DNA of 64,000 nucleotides from Methanobacteriota archaeon (GTDB lineage Archaea; Thermoplasmatota; Thermoplasmata; SG8-5; DAIRED01): NCBI GenBank assembly GCA_043799545.1, contig JAZDNO010000029.1, positions 1 to 64,000 of the forward strand, read 5' to 3'. Shown piece by piece: positions 56,652 to 64,000 of this stretch (position 1 is its first letter; each line of letters starts with the position of its first letter). The notes under the pieces were generated by a model. It saw only the letters and a program-made list of their open reading frames with translations, ran no database searches and was not told where the DNA came from. The position numbers and the translations under genes were made by a program.

Positions 56652-59600
56652 ATGCGAAATACGAACACATGCAAGCTCGGGGTCATAATATTGACCCTCG
56701 CGATGCTGGCGACGGCGTTTGCGGTGCTCCCGAACACGGGGGCCGGAAACGCGACGAACGAGACGATGCCGGAAGACTACGGAGTCTACCACATAAAGGG
56801 AAAGGTAATCAGCTTCTCCAATTCGTTGCCCGTATCGGGAGTCAAAGTCACGGTCAACAACAGAACATCACCGACACCGCTACCAGAATCTGTGTACACG
56901 GATTCGAGCGGGTCGTTCGATATCGTAGTATCCGCATGCAATCAGACGGTAACCTTTGAGGACACGAAGTACCAGACCGAAACAAAAAAGGTCGCCTGGA
57001 CAGATTTCAACCTGACGACAAGGATTGCCAACATCGGCGAGGTCGGCCTCACGCGGCTCTCCTCGATTTCGGGAATCGTCAAGAACCGAGCCGGAATTGC
57101 ATTGGCGGACGTGGCAGTCAAAGCCAAGGATTCTAACGACAACATAACTGGAGAGGGTACCACAACGTCTGTGGGAGCCTTCACAGTTTACGTTGGTTCG
57201 CAATCAATCGACGTGACATACAGAAAGATGGGTTACTTCGACAAGGTCGTGCACTACGAGCTCACAGGTGACAAGAGCGTCGGCACCGTGTACATGGACG
57301 CCATCGTTCCGGAGCCGTCCGTCCTCGTTTTCGGAGTTGTCCAGAACCTGACCGGAGTCGGAATTGAAGACGTGACCGTATCCGTTTCGCGAGATGGTAT
57401 TAACTGGATTAGCAACCTCACGGACGAGCACGGATATTACGAGATGTTCACATATTCAGGAAGGTTCAAGGTCAAGTCCGAGCTCAATGGATATTACACC
57501 AAGGAGTTCTGGGCGAGCGCCCCCGAGGTCGACCGATACAACATCGACATCAACATGACGGAGACCCCGGCTGAAACAAATTCACTGTGGGGAATCGTCA
57601 CCGATTTCACCAGCGGCCTCCCAATTGAGGGTGCGACCGTCAAGCTCATGCGATACGACTCGGTGAACGGCATTTACGAAACCAAAACCTCGGTGACAAC
57701 GATAGCCAACGGGAGTTACTCCCTCATGTTCCCGGATGGCACGTTCAGGCTCTGCGTCAGCCTGGAAAAGTACTTCACGAACTCAACGTATTGGATTGAC
57801 CAAACCATCAGCCAGAAGGACGTAAAGCTGACCTGGATTCCACAGGACCGCACGCTGTCCGGGCGCATCCTGGACGCGAAGGACAACTTCCCGATTGCTG
57901 GCGCGACCGTGACGATATACGAAAAAACCACGACGCGCCTATACGAAAACAGCACCGAATCGCTCTCGCCGAACGGATTCTATTCAATAAACGCGTACCA
58001 AGGTAGTTTTGCGATTCTCGTCGACGCCCCTGGTTACCAGGGAAAGCTGGTGTCCGCGACCATCGGCCTCGTCAACCTCAACAAGGACGTCAAACTGATG
58101 CCGTCTGGAATTGACATGATAACGAAGACCTATACATTCTCCTCAAACTGGAAGAACGTTTCTTACCATGAGAGCAGAACCCTGAGCGTCGACAACGCCA
58201 CGCTGAGGGCGATGGCTGACATCGCACATGGAAGGGGCAACCTGACGCTGAACCCGAACACATGGACGCTCACCGCGGGGACTGTCAACATCTGGAGCGC
58301 CTACATGGAGGCAGAGGGTCTTCCGATGATATACACGACCGACATTCTGGCTCTGGACAACAACTATTATGAACTCGTTGGCTCGGCGAAGGTCAACATC
58401 TCCAATGCAATCGGCAGCGTCGAGACTTCGATGGCCGCCATCGGTCTTGAGATATTCGCAAACTACACGATGGTCGGAACCGTGGCCGCGGGAACGGAGC
58501 ACGAACTATTGTTCAACGCGAGTTACGACACGGAAACAACTGACAACGTGTACATGATAAACCTCCTTGAAGGATACGAGATGACTGCCAACACCTCAAG
58601 CAGCAAGGTCAAGATGGCCGGTTTCACCGCCATAACCGTGGACACGCTCAACGGAACGGGAGCCGAGAAAATCTCAATGACGATCATGGAGAGCGACAAC
58701 GGAACCGCGAAGATCCGCCTCACCGACGGCACGTTCTACGAGAAGAACTCCACATACAAGGGTTACGAAGTCATTGTCAGGAAGGCCGATGCGACGGCAT
58801 TCAACTCAACCGTCAAGTTCAGCGCCTCCGAATCCACAGACCCTGTCGGACAGATATCCCTTGCAAACTTCACGTGGAACTTCAAGGATGGCTCAAACTT
58901 GGCGTACGGCATCACAGCCACCCACAACTACACCACAGCGGGAACTTTTAAAGCCATTTTAAATGTAACTGAGACAGGCGGGAACAAGACGAATCACACA
59001 GCCATCGTCCATGTTGACGAGGCAAAGCCAACGGCAGTGATAAACGTCCTGTACCACACCATCTCCACGTCCAACGCCATTACAATCAACGAGGACAACC
59101 AGACCTCTTTCACCGGAGGCAACTCGACAGACACGATAACCGGCACGACCGCAGGAATCATACAGACCTGGCAGTGGTCCTGGGGCGACGGCTCCGCGAA
59201 CGACACCATGACGAAGGGAGGCGAGGCCAACATCAACCACACCTACCTTGAGCCTGGAACGTACACCCTTAAAATGAATGTGACCGACGTCGTCGGGCAC
59301 GTCAGCGTGGACAAGAGCGTCAATGTCACAGTCATGGACGTCACCAAGCCCACCCCGGACTTCAAGATATTGAACTCCACCTACGCAATCGTGACAGGAT
59401 GCAGGGAGAACGTCTCGTTCTACTTCAACTCGACCTCGACGGACAACCACTACTCATACGACAACCTGACATACACATGGAACTTCGGAGACGGCTCCGC
59501 TGTCGAGACCGCGATGAACACAACGCACACGTTCACCAAGATAGGCACCTTCAACGTCACGCTCAACGTCACGGACCTGGCGGGCAACTGGGATGTGAGG

Positions 59601-60143
59601 ACGACCCCGGTGAGCATAAGCCTTGGAATCAGGCCGGACCTCATGCTCTACGCCAACACGCTCAAAATCGACCCGAAGACCGTAGACGACGGGCAGAGCG
59701 TCAAGCTCTCTGTCAACATCACGAACAAGGGCGAGGCCGACGCGACTGGAACGGTCGTGACCTTCTTCATCCGCAACTCCGACGGCACCAACGACAGGAT
59801 TTCCGGAACGGTAGTGCTCACAAACACAGACGGGACGACAAACTCCGGAACCCTGTCGCCGAAGAAGAACGCTACTGCAAGCCTGAGCTGGAAGCCTTCG
59901 GGCAAGGGCAACTACACGATATACGTCACGGCCAACTGCACGGGCGAGCACTCGTCCACGATGTTCGACAACAACAACGGAGCGACGCTGAACGCGTATG
60001 TGAAGGTCAACGCCTCGCCGATGATACAGTACGCCATAGCCGGCGTAGCAATCGGCGTGTTCATCGTCGGAGCCGTGGTCTACTTCTTCTGGGTGAGGGG
60101 CAAGAGCGGCGGACCGATAGACGACAAGCGCAAGAAGAAGTAA
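56652..60143 (+). CDS. Membrane-anchored surface protein: carboxypeptidase-regulatory-like repeats, PKD domains, CARDB/Ig-like domain
   Basis: Signal peptide; repeated G.V.D...PI.GATV...T...G.Y; PKD motifs WNFKDG, WSWGDG, WNFGDG; RPDL...NKGEADA; C-terminal TM plus KRKKK. Confidence 0.85.
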   Translation: MRNTNTCKLGVIILTLAMLATAFAVLPNTGAGNATNETMPEDYGVYHIKGKVISFSNSLPVSGVKVTVNNRTSPTPLPESVYTDSSGSFDIVVSACNQTVTFEDTKYQTETKKVAWTDFNLTTRIANIGEVGLTRLSSISGIVKNRAGIALADVAVKAKDSNDNITGEGTTTSVGAFTVYVGSQSIDVTYRKMGYFDKVVHYELTGDKSVGTVYMDAIVPEPSVLVFGVVQNLTGVGIEDVTVSVSRDGINWISNLTDEHGYYEMFTYSGRFKVKSELNGYYTKEFWASAPEVDRYNIDINMTETPAETNSLWGIVTDFTSGLPIEGATVKLMRYDSVNGIYETKTSVTTIANGSYSLMFPDGTFRLCVSLEKYFTNSTYWIDQTISQKDVKLTWIPQDRTLSGRILDAKDNFPIAGATVTIYEKTTTRLYENSTESLSPNGFYSINAYQGSFAILVDAPGYQGKLVSATIGLVNLNKDVKLMPSGIDMITKTYTFSSNWKNVSYHESRTLSVDNATLRAMADIAHGRGNLTLNPNTWTLTAGTVNIWSAYMEAEGLPMIYTTDILALDNNYYELVGSAKVNISNAIGSVETSMAAIGLEIFANYTMVGTVAAGTEHELLFNASYDTETTDNVYMINLLEGYEMTANTSSSKVKMAGFTAITVDTLNGTGAEKISMTIMESDNGTAKIRLTDGTFYEKNSTYKGYEVIVRKADATAFNSTVKFSASESTDPVGQISLANFTWNFKDGSNLAYGITATHNYTTAGTFKAILNVTETGGNKTNHTAIVHVDEAKPTAVINVLYHTISTSNAITINEDNQTSFTGGNSTDTITGTTAGIIQTWQWSWGDGSANDTMTKGGEANINHTYLEPGTYTLKMNVTDVVGHVSVDKSVNVTVMDVTKPTPDFKILNSTYAIVTGCRENVSFYFNSTSTDNHYSYDNLTYTWNFGDGSAVETAMNTTHTFTKIGTFNVTLNVTDLAGNWDVRTTPVSISLGIRPDLMLYANTLKIDPKTVDDGQSVKLSVNITNKGEADATGTVVTFFIRNSDGTNDRISGTVVLTNTDGTTNSGTLSPKKNATASLSWKPSGKGNYTIYVTANCTGEHSSTMFDNNNGATLNAYVKVNASPMIQYAIAGVAIGVFIVGAVVYFFWVRGKSGGPIDDKRKKK

Positions 60144-60226
60144 ATCCCAAAAGAAACCCCATCAGAAGGCTCAAAAACCTTTTTAAATTCCTTACCTATG
60201 CAATTTTCAACGGTCCAGGGTGACCT

Positions 60227-60982
60227 ATGCAACGCCTTCGAGTCATAGACACGGACCTAGCGCATCCGTTCAGGACAGGGGCGCTCGACGAGGCGATACT
60301 GAGGACCCGCGCACGAGACGAAACGCCGGACACGCTGCATTTCTACAGGCGCGAACCGCCAGGAGTCTCGCTGGGTTATTTCGGGAAGGCTGGCAACGAG
60401 GTCGACCTGGATTACTGCAAGGGGAACGGAATCTCGCTGCTTCGAAGGCTGAGCGGCGGGAGCGCTATCTACACAGACCGAAACCAGCTCGTGTACGCCT
60501 TCGCGAGCAAGGGGGCGCTGCCCACGAGCCCGAACGCCGCTTACGCGGTAGTGTGCGGGGCGCTGGTGTTTGCCTTCGAGCGATTGGGCGTCGAGGCCGA
60601 GTTCAAGCCTGTGAACGACGTCCAACACATAGGGAAGAAACTCTCTGGCAGCGCGCTCACGCGGCGCTGGGGCGCGCACCTCGTCCACGGGACCGTGCTG
60701 GTGGCTGTTGACAGGGAAAAGATGTTCCGCGCGTTGAGGGTCGATGCGGGGAAGGTCCGCTCGAAGAATCTGCCAGAGCCTGGGGCGCGGGTAACCTCGC
60801 TGGCGGAGATACTCGGGAAGGCTCCGGCGATGGAAAGTGTCAAAGCGGCGGTTGTTGCAGGGTTCGAGGAGCAATTCGGCATGAAAGCCGCGTTAGGAAA
60901 GCTGGCGCCGCACGAGAAGGAGCTTGCAGACAGGCTCGTCGCGGAGAAGTACGGAACGGACGAGTGGAATCTGAAGCGCTGA
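60227..60982 (+). CDS. lplA: Lipoate-protein ligase A family (catalytic domain)
   Basis: GVSLGYF, RRLSGGSAIYTD, NDV...GKKLSGSA, HGTVL. Confidence 0.85.
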   Translation: MQRLRVIDTDLAHPFRTGALDEAILRTRARDETPDTLHFYRREPPGVSLGYFGKAGNEVDLDYCKGNGISLLRRLSGGSAIYTDRNQLVYAFASKGALPTSPNAAYAVVCGALVFAFERLGVEAEFKPVNDVQHIGKKLSGSALTRRWGAHLVHGTVLVAVDREKMFRALRVDAGKVRSKNLPEPGARVTSLAEILGKAPAMESVKAAVVAGFEEQFGMKAALGKLAPHEKELADRLVAEKYGTDEWNLKR

Positions 60983-61007
60983 GATTTGCACATCGTCCGG
61001 CGGCAAA

Positions 61008-62729
61008 TCACATCTCTGCGGGTGCCGCCAGCCCCAGCATCCCGAGCGCTGACGCCAGCGCCCACCTCGCGCCCACGGCGAGCGCGATGCGGAACTCTCG
61101 GACCTCAGGCTCCGCGGTGATGACGGGGCAGTCCCTGTAGAACTGGTTGAACTCCGATGCGAGCTGGAGGGCGTACGATGCCAGCGCGTGCGGCGTCTTA
61201 TCCTCGGCGCACTTCGAGACGACCGAAGGCATCTGGGCGATTGCGCGCACCAGCCGCGTCTCGCCGCTTTCGAGGACGGATGGGATTGAGCCTGCTTCGG
61301 CCCGTCCCGAGGGCGGGGGGGCGGGACGTTCGTTGCTCGCCCTCGCCAGGATGCTGCAGGCCCTCGCGTGGGCGTACTGGATGAACGGCGCCGAGCATCC
61401 CTCGAAGTTCAGCGCCTCCTCCCATTTGAACACCATCGGTTTTTCCGCCTGGACGCGCACGATGTTGTACCGGACCGAGGCGATTCCGACCGCGGTCGCT
61501 ATCTCGCGCTTCTTGTCTTCGGGCAGCTCCGGACGGCGCTTTTCGACTTCGGCCTGCGCCCTCACGATGGCTTCGTCCAGCAGGTCGTCGAGCAGGACGA
61601 CTCGTCCTGCGCGGGTAGACATCTTGCCCTCCGGCAGGGACACGAAGGCGTAGAACAGCACTTCCGGAACTTTCTCGGAGCCTAGCAGGCGCAGGCCGAT
61701 TTCTACTCCCTTGGCCTCCAGCTTGTGGTCCTCCCCGAGCACGTTCACCGCGCGGTCGCAGCGAGAGAGCTTCCACTGGTGGTAGGCCACGTCTCGCGCT
61801 GCGTAGAGCGACGTTCCGTCGGTCCTGGAGAGGAAGTATTTCGAGCTGCGGCCCGAGATGCCGTGGTTCTCCAGGTCGATGTAGAGCGCGCCGTTCTCGT
61901 CAGGGAGGCCGCCACCTCGGAGCGCGTCCAGCGTCCGTCCGACGCTCCCGTCGACTACGAACTTCGACTCGCTCACGTAAGAGTCAACCTCCGCCCCGAT
62001 GCGGCGCAGCGTGGGCGATATAGTCTCTCCCATGACGTTGGAGCAGATTCGTATCATCTCGTCGATGACGGCCTTGTCGCCGTGCTCGGCGCCAGACACG
62101 AGCGATGCCAGCTCCTCCTTCAGGGCTGGGTCGCCCGGAGACTCTCCCTCGCGCTCGCCTGTAGCGGCGGCGGCCCACTGGTAGGTCTGCCCGTGCCGCA
62201 CTGCGAGGGTCTTCATTGCCGCCTGGCGCCCCATGTCGTCCACGTAGTACTGCGTCTCGACTGAGTATCCCGCTGCGCGCATTATCCGCGCCAACGTGTC
62301 TCCGATAATCGGGTTGCGCCCCCTGCCCACGCTAAGGCGGTCCGTCGGGTTGACGCTCGTGTGCTCCAGTATGACCCGGAGGCCTTTGGGCGGGAGCGTC
62401 CCGTACCGGTCTCGAAGCTCGGCGAGGGCTTCGAGGGTCGCGCGCGCCATTTTCTGCGAATCGAATGTGAAGTTGACATACGGCCCTGCGGGCGCGTGGG
62501 TGAAAAGCGCGGACTGGCCGATTGCCGCGTCGAGGGATTTGGCAATCTCGACTGGATTCCTGCGCAGCAGCTTGGCGAGCCTGTGGCAGGGTACGGCGAT
62601 GTCCCCCATGCCCTCGGGGGGGGCTTCGAGAGGCAGGTTGCGATGCTCCTGTGGTATCTCCAGTTTGGCTAGACCGGCCTGGACGGCTTCCCCGACGGAG
62701 TCTCTCAGGCTCAGGATGGGGTCGTTCAT
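61008..62729 (-). CDS. argS: Arginine--tRNA ligase
   Basis: EHTSVNPTDRLSVGRGRN (HIGH variant), YAARDVAY, GKMSTRAG, APFIQYAHARACSIL, FNQFYRDCPV; start MNDPIL at 62729. Confidence 0.93.
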   Translation of the reverse strand: MNDPILSLRDSVGEAVQAGLAKLEIPQEHRNLPLEAPPEGMGDIAVPCHRLAKLLRRNPVEIAKSLDAAIGQSALFTHAPAGPYVNFTFDSQKMARATLEALAELRDRYGTLPPKGLRVILEHTSVNPTDRLSVGRGRNPIIGDTLARIMRAAGYSVETQYYVDDMGRQAAMKTLAVRHGQTYQWAAAATGEREGESPGDPALKEELASLVSGAEHGDKAVIDEMIRICSNVMGETISPTLRRIGAEVDSYVSESKFVVDGSVGRTLDALRGGGLPDENGALYIDLENHGISGRSSKYFLSRTDGTSLYAARDVAYHQWKLSRCDRAVNVLGEDHKLEAKGVEIGLRLLGSEKVPEVLFYAFVSLPEGKMSTRAGRVVLLDDLLDEAIVRAQAEVEKRRPELPEDKKREIATAVGIASVRYNIVRVQAEKPMVFKWEEALNFEGCSAPFIQYAHARACSILARASNERPAPPPSGRAEAGSIPSVLESGETRLVRAIAQMPSVVSKCAEDKTPHALASYALQLASEFNQFYRDCPVITAEPEVREFRIALAVGARWALASALGMLGLAAPAEM

Positions 62730-62805
62730 GAGCGGACCACCTCGCTCGTTGCGCGCAAGGAGATTTTGCATGCAAGCCATTCAGACGCCGTGGGGATATG
62801 CAACA

Positions 62806-64000
62806 TCAAGCCACCCTGTACCTCAGAATGGCCGCTATCCCCCCAAACGCTTTCATTAGCATGTCCCCCTCCTCCGAATCGCCGGAAACCATCTCTATGA
62901 CCGTGCCGACGCTCTCCGCCGCCTTGTAGAGGTCGGAGACCAGGGAGCTGCGCTCTCTCTCAGATAAGGATGCGCCGCATTTCTTGCAGGCGCGGTTGGC
63001 GCCTGCGTCCGCTTCCTTCGAAGTCGCCGACTCCTCGGCGCCGCAGGACTGGCATTTGAAGGCTATCCGCACGGTATCCAGCCTTTCGGAGACGAGCAGG
63101 GTGTCGACCGCACCGAGCTCCAGCGCGTGCCTCACCTCCTTTTCTCCATAAGCGGCCTTGCCGCCGTCCGGCTTGCGTATCTCGTCGACGAACCGCTGCA
63201 TCAGGCGCTTCTCCTTTGCGAGGTCCATCTCCGTCAACACGCCGGAGGCTTTCTCCATCAGCTCGCGAAGGCCGTATTCGTCTGTGTATCCGGTGTCGAA
63301 GGTGTTCAAAACCTTCTTCGCCAGCTCGTGGTGGAGGTATCCCTCCTTGACGAAGAAATCCTTTGTGGGGCCTGGGCCGCCTACAATTATGCCTGTCAAG
63401 TCGGGGTTGTTGAGGAAGGTATCGTTCATCACGCCAGCGACCTTCTTGTAGTACTCGTGGGCGGCAATCTCGATGAGCCTCTCGAACCTTAGCGCAGACT
63501 GGCCTCCCCTGCTGTGCTTCCCCATCACGTGCGATTCGAAGGACTTGATGAGCGTTATGCGCTTTCCTTTCAGCATACCGATTGTCGCCTCGTTCCGATC
63601 TATGACCAGCAGGGCGAAGGTCTCCTTCTCGGTCAGCTGATCCTCGAGAATCTCCAGGAAGAACGTCGAGTCGCAGCGGTAGAGGAACGAGTTAATCGGC
63701 TCCGGGGGCTCTATAACATAGCTCACGGGCTCAGTCTGGTCCCCGCCCTTCGGTTTGTGGCCCACGAAAAGCACGACACCGTTTGCGGGCGGTTGCTTGT
63801 AGTTTTTCAACCGTCCTATAAGGGACTCTATGGCCCACGTGACGTTCTTCTTAGTGGTGCGGGACTTGATGTTGCTGGCCTGGGCGTACTCGTTCCGCAG
63901 GTAGTTGGTGACGTCGGAGATTTGCTTCGAAGGCGGGACGTAGAGAGAGATGCACTCCGTCGCCCGCCCGCGCACGCCCCTGAGCTCCTCTAGCTTGCGG
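62806..64000 (-). CDS. prf1: Peptide chain release factor aRF1 (5' end outside window)
   Basis: ISLYVPP, ASNIKS, YRCDSTF, GKHSRGGQSA, AFGGIAAILRY. Confidence 0.95.
   Translation of the reverse strand, partial: RKLEELRGVRGRATECISLYVPPSKQISDVTNYLRNEYAQASNIKSRTTKKNVTWAIESLIGRLKNYKQPPANGVVLFVGHKPKGGDQTEPVSYVIEPPEPINSFLYRCDSTFFLEILEDQLTEKETFALLVIDRNEATIGMLKGKRITLIKSFESHVMGKHSRGGQSALRFERLIEIAAHEYYKKVAGVMNDTFLNNPDLTGIIVGGPGPTKDFFVKEGYLHHELAKKVLNTFDTGYTDEYGLRELMEKASGVLTEMDLAKEKRLMQRFVDEIRKPDGGKAAYGEKEVRHALELGAVDTLLVSERLDTVRIAFKCQSCGAEESATSKEADAGANRACKKCGASLSERERSSLVSDLYKAAESVGTVIEMVSGDSEEGDMLMKAFGGIAAILRYRVA

Overview
Archaeal chromosomal segment, most likely Thermoplasmatota (inferred from L37e, LSm, Nop5, aRF1, XPD, Rqc2 and Thermoplasmata-type surface-protein modules). 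A GC-rich backbone carries housekeeping genes (mtnA, hxlA-RraA fusion, purF/Q/L/S, argS, prf1, lplA, ADP-forming acetate-CoA ligase) and two tRNAs (Leu-TAA, Thr-GGT). An AT-richer accessory island (~30.9-45.2 kb) is bracketed by PIN toxin-antitoxin genes. The island holds the main candidate for an undescribed system: a 3132-aa secreted TSP3/FG-GAP repeat protein ending in a clan CD (C13/caspase-like) peptidase. It is followed by an orphan cassette that repeats the pre-terminal region of the giant gene but ends in a different (HExxH metallo-) peptidase. Each peptidase end is followed closely by a small exported protein and then the same ~83-bp repeat, a layout like polymorphic-toxin C-terminal cassettes. 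Other oddities: a truncated FtsZ paralog lacking the T7 loop and C-terminal domain behind a double ribbon-helix-helix gene, a Cas4-like nuclease with transmembrane helices inserted, a STAND ATPase with a longin-like insert, a giant coiled-coil operon, and a 38-bp duplication of a gene end around a hairpin. All family assignments come from motif recognition by eye; no database searches were run.
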